Source of the DNA: Candidatus Eiseniibacteriota bacterium
GTDB taxonomy: Bacteria; Eisenbacteria; RBG-16-71-46
Assembly: GCA_035712145.1 (NCBI GenBank)
Contig: DASTBI010000163.1
Location: 3,241-67,240, forward strand
DNA length: 64,000 bases
Direction of reading: 5' to 3'
In this document: piece by piece, positions 28,051-38,863 of the stretch
How the letters are laid out: each line of letters begins with the position of its first letter
How positions within the stretch are numbered: position 1 is the first letter of the stretch
The notes under the pieces: model-generated
What the model saw: only the letters and a program-made list of their open reading frames with translations
The model's database searches: none
Told to the model about the DNA's origin: nothing
Program-made: the position numbers and the translations under genes

Positions 28051-29309
28051 GGGTCGTTCCTCCGCTGGTAGCCCTCCCTCTGATCGGAGGACTTCGTTTC
28101 GGAGCGGCTCCCGTGCTCTCCGTGTGCCGTGCCTGCCCCTCCGGACGCGCGGAGCCGGCTTTCGGAGTCGATCAGAAAGACGCCTGCGGAGACGACTTCA
28201 TCGCCGACGGCGAGGCCGGTGCGGACCTCGATCCGATCCGCCAGCCGCGTGCCCACCTGAACGCGTCGGGGCACGAACCGTCCTTCTCCCGCCTGCACGA
28301 AGACGAACTGCTCGCGACCGGTGTCCACCAGAGCATCGCGCGGGATGACCAACGCCTGCCGCGGCTCGGTGCTGAACTCGGCGGTGCCGTACAAGCCGGG
28401 ACGCAGGCTCCCGCTCCGGTTGTCGACTCCGAAACGAACTCGCAGCGTCCGAGTCCGCTCGGAGATCGTCGGGGCCACCCATTCGACGCGCGACGGAAGC
28501 GGATCACGGCCTGAGGCGGGGAACTCGAGCGTTGCGGGTAGCCCCGGACGGACCTCGGGAATCTCGGCCTCGGGGACTTCGGCGATGACCCATACGTGGG
28601 ACAGGTCCGCGATCGTGACGATCTCGGTCGATGGGTCCACCGCGGTCCCGGCCGACACCCCGCGATGGAGCACGACACCCCCACGGGGTGCGGTGAGGGT
28701 GACAACACGGTGCGGCTCACCGCTCCGCTCGATCGTTTCGATCTCGGAGTCCGTCATGCCGAGCACCTTGAGGCGCGAACGCGCTCCTTCGGCGACCACG
28801 CTCCGGGGGCCCTCGTCGTTGGCCCGCAGGGCCGAGAGGTACTCGCCTTGCGAGGACAGCAGCTCCTGCGAGAAGACCGATGCCAGCGGCTGCCCACGCC
28901 GCACCTGTTGCCCGGTCACGTTCACGTAGAGTCGTTCGATCCACCCAGAGACGCGTGCGTGCACGTGCGCGATGCGCGTCTCGTCCGGTAGCACATTGGC
29001 AACGACGCGCACCGGCCGTGTGATCGTCTCGACCCGCACGGCCTCCACGCGGATGCCGAATTCGCCGAGGCGCTCCGGGTCCATCTCGACCGTCACTCGA
29101 GAGGCGACCGCGGCGACCGAATCCCGCCGCGGCTGAGCCGGATGTCGCTCGCCGGCCCTCGGGGTCGCCGAGTCGTGATGGAGCGAGAAGGGCCAGCCGT
29201 GACGGCGGTGCTGGACATAGAGCGCCCCTCCGAGCAGCAGGAGCCCCAGCACCAAAGCCACTGCGCGTGACGCCCAGCGCCCGGCCCGAATCGTGATGCG
29301 CCATCTCAT
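28047..29309 (-). CDS. cusB: efflux RND periplasmic adaptor subunit (CusB/CzcB-like)
   Basis: Start MRWRITIR... at 29309 overlaps the upstream stop (ATGA). Lipoyl/barrel motifs (VSGWIERLYVNVTGQQVRRGQPL, LTAPRGGVVL). Its stop overlaps the cusA start. Confidence 0.9.
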   Translation of the reverse strand: MRWRITIRAGRWASRAVALVLGLLLLGGALYVQHRRHGWPFSLHHDSATPRAGERHPAQPRRDSVAAVASRVTVEMDPERLGEFGIRVEAVRVETITRPVRVVANVLPDETRIAHVHARVSGWIERLYVNVTGQQVRRGQPLASVFSQELLSSQGEYLSALRANDEGPRSVVAEGARSRLKVLGMTDSEIETIERSGEPHRVVTLTAPRGGVVLHRGVSAGTAVDPSTEIVTIADLSHVWVIAEVPEAEIPEVRPGLPATLEFPASGRDPLPSRVEWVAPTISERTRTLRVRFGVDNRSGSLRPGLYGTAEFSTEPRQALVIPRDALVDTGREQFVFVQAGEGRFVPRRVQVGTRLADRIEVRTGLAVGDEVVSAGVFLIDSESRLRASGGAGTAHGEHGSRSETKSSDQREGYQRRNDP

Positions 29310-30589
29310 CGTGACTCTCCTCCCGTGCCGGTGGCACGACGAAGGCGCGCGCGCGTTTGAGCGGCCCGGACCTCGGCTTCGACCAGCTCCGCCTGCGCGC
29401 TCCACAGGCCCTGCGAGGCCTGGATCACGCTCGCGAGTGGGAGTTGGCCCGAGCTGTAGCCGGCCAGGGCAGGGCCCACGGCCTGTCGTGCGCGCGGCAC
29501 GACGTCCAGGCGCAGCGCATCCATCCGAGCGATGGCCGCGGCCAGTTCGTGGCGCGCCGCGACGGCCTCGCCTTCGATCATCCGGCGCATCGCTTCGAGG
29601 TCGTAGCTGGCCATCTCGGCCATGGCCTTGGCCTCTTCCACTCCCGCGCGAAGCTTCGAACGCCAGATCGGCAGACTGATGCCGACCATCAGCATCGCTC
29701 CAGGACCGCTCTCCATGGTTCTGGCGGTTCCCGCGCGGAGAATCGCCATCGGCGCATACATCGATCGCATCACCTGGATCTCGGCCAGGGCCTGGCGTAG
29801 CTCCGCATCGCCGCCTTGCAGTTCCGGGCGCTGCGCCAGGGCCTGCGTCGCTACCGTGGCGGCCGACGGCGGCGGTTCGCCCGGCCCGGGACTCTCGAGT
29901 TCCGGGACCGTATCGTTCGCCGGTCGAGCCAGACTCACGTTGAGCATGACTTCCGCGGAGGCGATCTCCCCGCGCAACGCCTGGAGCAACCCGCCCAGTC
30001 GGGCCCGCTCGGCCTCGGCCTGGAGCACCTCCGCCTGGGCGCCCATACCCGCCCCATAGCGAGCATTCGTCGCCGCGACGTACTGCGCCGCCAGCTCGTG
30101 CTGCTCTCCGATCACTCTCTGCATCTGGCGGCGCTCGTACAGCATCAAGAACGCGGTCGCCGCTTCCAGCTCGACATCCAGCGCGGTCTGCTCGACCCCA
30201 GTCTGGGCGCGTCGTGCTTCGGCTTCAGCCGAGCGGCGCCGCTGTCCACGCACGCCCGCCAGGGGGAAGCGCTGCTCGACCGCGATGCTGACGTCGGGCT
30301 CTCCCATCCCGTACGGCCAGTGGTCGATCGCGGGCGACAGCATGGGATCCTCGAGACTTGCGACGAGCACCGGCCTGTGCCCCGCCGCGCGTGCGCGCGA
30401 ACGAGCGGCGGCGACCTCGGGACGATGCACGCGCGCGATCCGCACGGCATCGTCCAGCTCGAGCGGCGAAGGCAGTGCAGCCGGAACCTGTGGCCGGGCG
30501 CCTTCGGCCGACAGCAACGACACGGATACCAACAGTCCCGCGGCCCACAGACGATGGCGTCGAGGAGCCATGCTGACCGCTGCGGTCAT
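29306..30589 (-). CDS. TolC family outer membrane efflux protein
   Basis: MTAAVSMAPRRHRLWAAGLLVSVSLLSAEG signal peptide, then two repeats of coiled helical outer-membrane-efflux-protein (OEP) sequence (LDDAVRIA..., AELRQALAEIQV...). The listed ORF extension to 31309 is not credible. Confidence 0.85.
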   Translation of the reverse strand: MTAAVSMAPRRHRLWAAGLLVSVSLLSAEGARPQVPAALPSPLELDDAVRIARVHRPEVAAARSRARAAGHRPVLVASLEDPMLSPAIDHWPYGMGEPDVSIAVEQRFPLAGVRGQRRRSAEAEARRAQTGVEQTALDVELEAATAFLMLYERRQMQRVIGEQHELAAQYVAATNARYGAGMGAQAEVLQAEAERARLGGLLQALRGEIASAEVMLNVSLARPANDTVPELESPGPGEPPPSAATVATQALAQRPELQGGDAELRQALAEIQVMRSMYAPMAILRAGTARTMESGPGAMLMVGISLPIWRSKLRAGVEEAKAMAEMASYDLEAMRRMIEGEAVAARHELAAAIARMDALRLDVVPRARQAVGPALAGYSSGQLPLASVIQASQGLWSAQAELVEAEVRAAQTRARLRRATGTGGESR

Positions 30590-30846
30590 GTCCGTATGGA
30601 CCGGTTGTACATGGCGGCGGATGCACCCGCCAAGCCGGCAGCCAGGAACCACCACGCCGCCGTTGCCAGTGCGAGTTCGCCCCAGCCGAACACCCGCGTC
30701 GCACGGTACATGTCCGAGTGGAGCAGGAAGTTGGCTGTCCTCGCGTACGATTCCGGAGCAATCTTGTAGACCAAACCGCAGATCAAGCCCGCGGCGGCCC
30801 ATATCGTGCCGACCGCGATCGCGAAACGTCCGGTGTCGAGTTTCAT
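30586..30846 (-). CDS. small membrane protein (86 aa), first translationally coupled gene of the efflux operon; possibly DUF5676-like
   Basis: ATG at 30846 after GGGAGGGG. MKLDTGRFAIAVGTIWAAAGLICGLVY...WWFLAAGLAGASAAMY gives two hydrophobic helices. Its stop overlaps the TolC start (ATGA). The family name is recollection only. Confidence 0.6.
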   Translation of the reverse strand: MKLDTGRFAIAVGTIWAAAGLICGLVYKIAPESYARTANFLLHSDMYRATRVFGWGELALATAAWWFLAAGLAGASAAMYNRSIRT

Positions 30847-30984
30847 GGTCCCCTCCCATGCGCGCTCCCGGATCGAGCGACGCACCGCAACGACGAATAC
30901 CTGCCGGCAAGGTGCTCTTCGGGTTTGGACAAAGCCCAAGACGGGCGGCTGAACCGCGCCGGTTCAGCCACATTCGAGGTTGGG

Positions 30985-31383
30985 CTACGCGGAGAGAGGC
31001 GGCGCGCGGAGACCGTGCGCGCCGAGATCGATCGGGAGTGGAGGACTCCCGAGGTCGAGGGCCCTGGGCAGCGTTTGGCGGCTTGAGAGTGGGATGACGG
31101 TCATGGATGCAACGACCGTGGCCGGACAGTGCGACGGGGTGTGAAGCAAACTGACCTTGGCCGGCACGGGAGCCGAAGGCAACCGCAGGCAACTGCAATC
31201 GGGATAGCATCCGGCCGGCACATGCTGCTCGGGTGTCCCTGGAACGCAGCACGCGTGGCTTGCCGGAATGGATCGCGCTGCCCGCGGCTCGAGCCCCATC
31301 CACACACAACGCGTCTGCTCCAGCGGCACGGCCAGCGCGAGCAGGGTCGCGAGATTGGCGAGTAAGACCCGTGGACGATTCAT
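30985..31383 (-). CDS. small secreted Cys-rich protein (132 aa)
   Basis: ATG at 31383 after GGAGA. Signal-like MNRPRVLLANLATLLALAVP, then 7 Cys in clusters (TRC, HACC, GCYPDCSC, SHC). Confidence 0.55.
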   Translation of the reverse strand: MNRPRVLLANLATLLALAVPLEQTRCVWMGLEPRAARSIPASHACCVPGTPEQHVPAGCYPDCSCLRLPSAPVPAKVSLLHTPSHCPATVVASMTVIPLSSRQTLPRALDLGSPPLPIDLGAHGLRAPPLSA

Positions 31384-31680
31384 CCTGTCTCCGGAATTGC
31401 TAGTCCACTTCGGGACTCGCAAAGCTTCGGCCAGGAGCGGGGTCTGGATTGGCGCGGCCATCCGCAACGACTTAGGCGGCGTCGAGATCCTGGCTGCCAA
31501 GGTCGAAGCCGACTCCGACCTGACACATTGTCCGCTGACAAGATGGAATGGGCAGGTTCCCGCCGGGTGGCGCATGGCGAGTGGTCAACCTCAGCGCGAC
31601 GCCGACGACGGTGATCGCCACCAGCCGATGAACGTGCCGGAGACCGTGGCCGGCCATCGTGCTCATGGAACCCGATCGCG

Positions 31681-31718
31681 ACTCAAAACAAGATCGCCCG
31701 GCTTTGGGACCGGGCGAT
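31681..31718 (-). terminator. Rho-independent terminator (minus strand)
   Basis: A perfect 9-bp stem atcgcccgg/ccgggcgat (31693..31701 and 31710..31718) with an 8-nt loop. On the minus strand it is followed by CTTGTTTTGAGT. Confidence 0.55.
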
Positions 31719-31900
31719 GCTTGCCGTTTGCGGGGCTGCCCCCCCGCAGACGCGTCTCGGAATCACCAGTGGATGACTGGTTGGAGGTTGCTCGCCACGC
31801 CTCTCTACGTGGCACTCCATTAGACGCTCGGCGCCCCGGAAAAGTTCCGAGGCGCCGAGACAAGTTTTTGTGAGCTATTGGGTTTGCGGCATCCTGACAG

Positions 31901-32200
31901 CTAGGGGAGAAGGATCATCTTCTTCTGGTCGCGGAACGACCCGGCAATGATTCGATAGACATAGACCCCGGGGGCCGGCGGTCGGCCCCCGATCGTCGTC
32001 CGGTCCCACTCGACGGTGTGGTACCCCGCCGGGTATTCGCGATCCGCGAGTTTGGCGATACGGCGCCCGCCCAGATCGAAGACTTCGAGCCGCACGCCTT
32101 GAAACGCCGATACCCCCGGAGTACGCACACAAGGGAGCCAGAAGAAAACCGCAAAGGAGAGGAAGAGCGACGAGGAGACGAGCGACGCGCATGGGCGCAC
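31901..32200 (-). CDS. orphan mini-ORF: hydrophobic leader plus T9SS/FlgD-Ig-like C-terminal domain only (possible gene remnant)
   Basis: The GTG at 32200 gives (V)RPCASLVSSSLFLSFAVFFWLPC... followed by GVRLEVFDLGGRRIAKLADREYPAGYHTVEWD...GVYVYRIIAGSFRDQKKMILLP. A better signal peptide (MRVARLLVALPLLCGFLLAPLCA, ATG at 32192) lies in another frame, which suggests a frameshifted remnant. Confidence 0.4.
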   Translation of the reverse strand: MRPCASLVSSSLFLSFAVFFWLPCVRTPGVSAFQGVRLEVFDLGGRRIAKLADREYPAGYHTVEWDRTTIGGRPPAPGVYVYRIIAGSFRDQKKMILLP

Positions 32201-32424
32201 CTCGAGCTCCGGACGTTCGGTGGGGCGCGGCCCCAAGGCACGCCGGTCATGGGGGTGACGACGGCGCGGCGATGCGGAAGGATGACGAGCGAGAGGCTTG
32301 AGCGGCCCCGGCATGCGCCAGCGTTTGGCGTTTCACGGGCGCCTGGATGCCCGCGGAAAGTTTCGCTTGCCGAGGGGGGGGGAATCGCAAGCAAATTCAT
32401 TAAGACTGACTCTGAGGCTCCCGC

Positions 32425-34161
32425 ATGCTCGCCGCCTCCCCACCCCTTAGAAAGATCTGGCTCGGGTCGTTCGTCGCCGCAGCGCTGTGTTCGCTCCTCG
32501 GCGGCCGAGCAGCGGCTCTCCCACCTGGCAGGGCATGGGCGCTGACGACAGGGTTGCTGGACCCCTATCCGTCTGTCTCGTTTTTTGGCTCAGCTCGGAT
32601 GAAGACGAACGCGCAGGGCTTGCCGTTCTTCATCATCCAGACGCAGTACGTCGGCACCCCGGCGTCCACGTGGAACATCTTCGCCTGGCAAGACAGCCAG
32701 TGGGTGCACAAGTTCAACAGCGATATCCCGAGCTTCTTCGTGCCCGAGGAAGCACTTTCCATCACATCTCAGCGCCACATGGTCTGGCTTTCGCCTCGCG
32801 GCCCCTCGGGGCTCCGGTACATGATGATGGCCGCATACAGCGACCATGGATTTAGCCTTCCGGATACGGCGATGCTCACTCTTAGCCAGGACACCCAGCG
32901 TTCGGGAGCGGCATCGAGCCGCAGGAGATGGGTGGTGAGAAGCCAGCAGCGTTCGATCAGCTTCCCGCCCGATACGAGGTTCGTTATCCGCACCGTCTAT
33001 TCCGACACCTTCGGGGTGTGGCACGAGCTGCCGGGAATCGGAGAGGACGAGGACCATTGCACGATGGCCCCCCTATCCGACGAATCGGCCATCGTGGCCT
33101 ACGCGGGTCAATCCGGGCTCGCATGGGCAGTCACGGAAGGGAGTGATTGGGTGAAGCAGGGGGTTCTGGACTCCAAGCCGTTCGGTCCTGGGCATCCGCG
33201 CTTCGCCTTCCGGCGCTCCGGAGGATTGTGGCTGATGTGGTCGGACCGTCGCTGGGTGCACATGTCCGAGTACAGGAATGGGCAATGGTCGCGTGGAGAC
33301 AGCATTCAGGCCATTCATCCCCCTGGTCAGACCTTCATCCCGGCGTGGAACGATCTCACTCACGATGGCAGCGAGCGACCTGTCCTCGCGTGGATCGACC
33401 TCGGCTTCGGCACCACCTTCCGCGATGTGGGGTGCATAGCTTTTCCGACCGAGACGGGCTGGAGCCCGGGCGAAGAGATCCCCGGTTCGGACGGAATCTT
33501 TCTGAACCCATACATCAGCAAGGATCTCAACGGCGATGTGTGGGCATCATGGCGAGTTCGGGGAACCGTGATGAACCGCTGGACGCACACATATGTGAAA
33601 GCTACGACCAGTCCGCCGACAGTTGCCGGGGTGGGCCCGGCCCGCACGGTGACATGGACGCTATCCGAGCCGGCGCCGGAAACCTGGTGGGCGGTGCTGC
33701 GCGCGCGCAACGATGGCCCCTTTGAACAGGTGGCTCGCGTACAGGCTGGGCTGACTTTGGCGATGAGTTGGAACGATGCCTCGCCGCCTGCGGGGGTGCT
33801 TCGCTACAGAATCCGAAGGGAGAGCGTGGACGCGCGTTATCGCTGGGAGAGCGAAGATGCGTTCTGGCCGCCGAAAGCTGGTCGTGCGTTGACCCTCGCA
33901 CGTCCGACGGGGACTTCGCCCCAGGCGGATGAGTTGGAGCTTGCCGGGGCCGAAGCCGGCGTGCTCGAGATTCGCGTGTTCGACATCCAAGGCCGGGTGG
34001 TGGCTTCGCACGAAGCCAAGGCGGGCGGCTCCGGTCGCGATACCATTCGACTCGACTTCGGTGCGCGCGGCAGCACACTACCCAACGGCATCTACTTCGC
34101 TGCCGTGAAGGATGCGAGCGGCAGGACCACCAACCCCCTGAAGCTGGTGATCCTGCGCTGA
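32425..34161 (+). CDS. secreted hypothetical protein with T9SS/FlgD-Ig-like C-terminal domain
   Basis: 578 aa with a signal peptide, Trp-rich repeats suggestive of a beta-propeller, and the C-terminal LEIRVFDIQGRVVASHEA...LPNGIYFAAVKDASGRTTNPLKLVILR. Confidence 0.8.
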   Translation: MLAASPPLRKIWLGSFVAAALCSLLGGRAAALPPGRAWALTTGLLDPYPSVSFFGSARMKTNAQGLPFFIIQTQYVGTPASTWNIFAWQDSQWVHKFNSDIPSFFVPEEALSITSQRHMVWLSPRGPSGLRYMMMAAYSDHGFSLPDTAMLTLSQDTQRSGAASSRRRWVVRSQQRSISFPPDTRFVIRTVYSDTFGVWHELPGIGEDEDHCTMAPLSDESAIVAYAGQSGLAWAVTEGSDWVKQGVLDSKPFGPGHPRFAFRRSGGLWLMWSDRRWVHMSEYRNGQWSRGDSIQAIHPPGQTFIPAWNDLTHDGSERPVLAWIDLGFGTTFRDVGCIAFPTETGWSPGEEIPGSDGIFLNPYISKDLNGDVWASWRVRGTVMNRWTHTYVKATTSPPTVAGVGPARTVTWTLSEPAPETWWAVLRARNDGPFEQVARVQAGLTLAMSWNDASPPAGVLRYRIRRESVDARYRWESEDAFWPPKAGRALTLARPTGTSPQADELELAGAEAGVLEIRVFDIQGRVVASHEAKAGGSGRDTIRLDFGARGSTLPNGIYFAAVKDASGRTTNPLKLVILR

Positions 34162-34162
34162 C

Positions 34163-36216
<2,054 letters not shown>

Positions 36217-36220
<4 letters not shown>

Positions 36221-36771
36221 GAGTCTGGTGCCTCCTCCAGCACGCCCACGTAGGGGAGATTTCGGTAGCGTTCGGCGGCGTCCAGGCCGTAACCGACCAG
36301 GAACGCGGCTCCCGCTTTCCATCCAATGTAATCGAGCGGCACTTCGATCTCGCGGCACGGCCGCTTGTCCAGCAGCGTGGCCACCCGCAGGCTCGAAGGC
36401 TTCCGGGCGCCGAGCTGTCCCAGCAGCATGGAGACGCTGCGCCCCGAATCCACCACCGCTTCGCACAAAACGACGTGGCGTCCCCGGATGTCTCCCTTGA
36501 GATCGGCCAGAAGCTGCACCTGGCCGCTCGAGGTGCGATCGCCACCGTAGGACGACACGGAAAGAAAGTCGACTTCGAGCTCGATCGGCGTGGCCCGCAC
36601 CAGATCGGCGTGGAACATCCAGGCGCCCTTGAGCACGCCCACCAGGACCGGGTTCTTGCCCTCGTAGTCGCGCGCGAGCGCCAGGCCGAGGTCCCGGACC
36701 CTGTCCCTGATCTGGGCGGCAGAGTAGAGGACGCGGGTGCCCGCGGAGGATCTGGCCAAGCTTTCGATCAT
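36217..36771 (-). CDS. hpt: hypoxanthine phosphoribosyltransferase
   Basis: PRPP loop [13 protein letters not shown] and GYGLD. The ATG at 36771 overlaps the tilS stop (ATGA). An upstream ATG at 36789 is an alternative. Confidence 0.93.
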
Positions 36772-38222
36772 GTCTTCGCCCTGACCCAAAGCGCCTTTCT
36801 CGTACTGGACTCGATCGGCGCTCTCGCTGAGCGCCGCAGCCCTACCACCCAGAGAATACCCTGCCGGTCCGCCAGGACCATCCGATCCCCGCGGTGGGGG
36901 AGAGGAATTCCCGAATGCTTGAGGAAATCGCCGAGACGGCGAGCACGATGGCGGCCAAAGGGGATGAACAGTTCATCGGTCCGGCCAAGTCTAAGCTCCA
37001 GTGTTCCTTTGATGTGAGTCGCCGCGAAGGCCTCGCCGCCGGACCGACCGGCGAGTCGCCGCCGAGCCTCGCGACCCGCTACCCAGGAGGCATGTAACTC
37101 GAACCCGGCAAGCCGGTTCCGCCCCGGGACACGAAGTTCGACGGGAGTCCTGATCGGGTGGGCAGTCTCTTCGATGCCCCTTGTGGAGGGCAGGATGCCG
37201 ATCCTCTCCCGACGCCCCCAGGCCGACCAACCCCCCGGGAGATTCACCCTCCCTGGGGCGGAAGAGCGCACCAACGTCAAGCATTCGTTCAGGAGAGGCC
37301 GAGTCAGTCCCTGCCTCGGTCGCGTGGAAGCCCAGGCACGCCTCAGCGCGAGCCTCAAGAGAAAGTCGGGGAGCGCAGCCAGCCGGGTGCGATCGAAGAC
37401 CATCCCGGGACCGGCCGAATCGATTGCAGAGTCCGCCAGCGCTCGCTTCGCGTGCTCCTCGAGCCATCGGGTGACGGCGCGCACCTCGCGGAGCGTGGTC
37501 GCGATCCGACGGGCCGATGGACCGCGCTGCGAGCGCTGGCGGATCCATGCGGGCACGACGCGATGCCGGATGCGGTTTCGCTCGTAGGCCGAGTCCTGGT
37601 TGCTCGCGTCCTCTCGCCACGACTCGCCGGCGGCCCGAAGGTCCGCTTCGATGTCGGCGCGAGGCGCCTCGAGCAGCGGCCGCAGCCAGCGTCCGCGCCT
37701 CGTGCTCATGGCTCCGAGCCCCGAAAGGCCGGTGCCGCGCACGAGACGCATCAGCAGCGTTTCCATTTGATCGTCGGCCGTGTGCGCGGTGGCGATGAGA
37801 TCCGCTCCGGCGCGCCGCGCCGCCTGAAGGAGGAAGCGACGCCGCAACCGCCGCAGACCGTCCTGGCCGGACCAGCCAAGGCGACGCATGCGCTCCCGGG
37901 TATTCCAGCGCGCGCTCTCGAGCGGCACGCCGAGCCGGAGGCAAAGGGCGCGGACGAAGGCCTCGTCGGCGTCCGCGTCGAGGCCGCGCAGCCCGTGATG
38001 AAGGTGCGCGGCGCACAGCTCGACCTGGAGCTCGGAGGCCAGGCGGTGGAGACCCAGGAGGAGTGCTACCGAGTCGGCTCCGCCGCTCACCGCGACCAGG
38101 ACTCGAAGCCCTTGTCCCGAGGCGCGCGCGCCGCGAAAGGCGCGGCGCAGAACCGGCTCGATGCGTCTCGACCGCCGGTGCTGGGTGGGTGGTGGCGGCG
38201 CAGGGACTCGAACCCCGGACAC
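36768..38222 (-). CDS. tilS: tRNA(Ile)-lysidine synthase
   Basis: PP-loop [11 protein letters not shown] plus TilS substrate-binding regions. The only in-frame ATG/GTG/TTG upstream of the PP-loop is the GTG at 38222, which lies inside the tRNA gene. The true start is therefore uncertain. Confidence 0.88.
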   Translation of the reverse strand: MSGVRVPAPPPPTQHRRSRRIEPVLRRAFRGARASGQGLRVLVAVSGGADSVALLLGLHRLASELQVELCAAHLHHGLRGLDADADEAFVRALCLRLGVPLESARWNTRERMRRLGWSGQDGLRRLRRRFLLQAARRAGADLIATAHTADDQMETLLMRLVRGTGLSGLGAMSTRRGRWLRPLLEAPRADIEADLRAAGESWREDASNQDSAYERNRIRHRVVPAWIRQRSQRGPSARRIATTLREVRAVTRWLEEHAKRALADSAIDSAGPGMVFDRTRLAALPDFLLRLALRRAWASTRPRQGLTRPLLNECLTLVRSSAPGRVNLPGGWSAWGRRERIGILPSTRGIEETAHPIRTPVELRVPGRNRLAGFELHASWVAGREARRRLAGRSGGEAFAATHIKGTLELRLGRTDELFIPFGRHRARRLGDFLKHSGIPLPHRGDRMVLADRQGILWVVGLRRSARAPIESSTRKALWVRAKT

Positions 38223-38265
38223 AGAGATTATGATTCTCCTGCTCTACCAGCTGAGCTACGCCGCC
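38190..38265 (-). tRNA. tRNA with CAU anticodon (elongator Met or Ile2/lysidine type; not initiator-like)
   Basis: Hand-folded 76-nt cloverleaf: acceptor GGCGGCG/CGCCGCC, D arm GCTC-AGCTGGTA-GAGC, anticodon arm GGAGA-ATCATAA-TCTCT (CAT at 38230..38232), T arm CGGGG-TTCGAGT-CCCTG, encoded CCA. It has a G1:C72 pair and no GGG/CCC anticodon stem, so it does not look like an initiator. Confidence 0.93.
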
Positions 38266-38326
38266 GAACCCCGAATCGAGATGGGCGAAGGAAAGTAGGG
38301 AGGGGCTGGAACTCTGTCAAGGAACC

Positions 38327-38863
38327 CTAGGGCTGCTCCGCCGGACGGCGCATCAGCGTGTCGGCGTGCAGCACGAAAGTCTCTACTTCGTGTTGCGTGG
38401 GACAACACAGAGGATCGTCGGGCGCGTGGGTCAGCAGGTGCAGATGGACCGCCCGGTTGGAGACCCGGAGCGAATCCACCTTGACCCGGTCGCCGAGCGA
38501 GGCGGGTCCACGGGTCAGCGCATGATCCTCCTTGTCGAGCAGCGCGTAGAGATCGATGAAGGTTCCGGTGCCGCCCGTAGTGCTGGCCAGGACGACGGCG
38601 GCATCCTCACGCTCGTCTCCATCCAGGTCTCCGGTGGCGGAGGCGATCAGACGCACGTCGAGCCCGGCGGCCGAGTCGTGATAGGTGCCCGCCGTGAGCT
38701 GGATGGTCCCCGCGCCGAGATGCTCCATCGGATACCCCGCATCGCGGGCCATGGCCACGATGTCCTGGTGGTCCGCGGTCGTCGCCGTCGTCTCGGTCTG
38801 GTTCGAGCAGCCTGCGAGCAGCATCGGAAGCGCCACCGTCCATAGCATGCGCATCGTTCTCAC
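38327..38863 (-). CDS. hypothetical lipoprotein co-transcribed with cdaA
   Basis: (V)RTMRMLWTVALPMLLAGC lipobox. The GTG start overlaps the cdaA stop (GTGA). Contains a DPLCCPTQHE motif. Confidence 0.7.
   Translation of the reverse strand: MRTMRMLWTVALPMLLAGCSNQTETTATTADHQDIVAMARDAGYPMEHLGAGTIQLTAGTYHDSAAGLDVRLIASATGDLDGDEREDAAVVLASTTGGTGTFIDLYALLDKEDHALTRGPASLGDRVKVDSLRVSNRAVHLHLLTHAPDDPLCCPTQHEVETFVLHADTLMRRPAEQP

Noticed and set aside
31472-31666. 64-aa minus-strand ORF with a His-rich N-terminus and one hydrophobic helix (MSTMAGHGLRHVHRLVAITVVGVAL...) upstream of the Cys-rich ORF
   Set aside because: There is no convincing Shine-Dalgarno. It begins only about 15 nt from the terminator of the upstream gene, leaving no room for a promoter, and its C-terminal half looks random. 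I keep it only as a remote possibility of a metal-related micro-protein.
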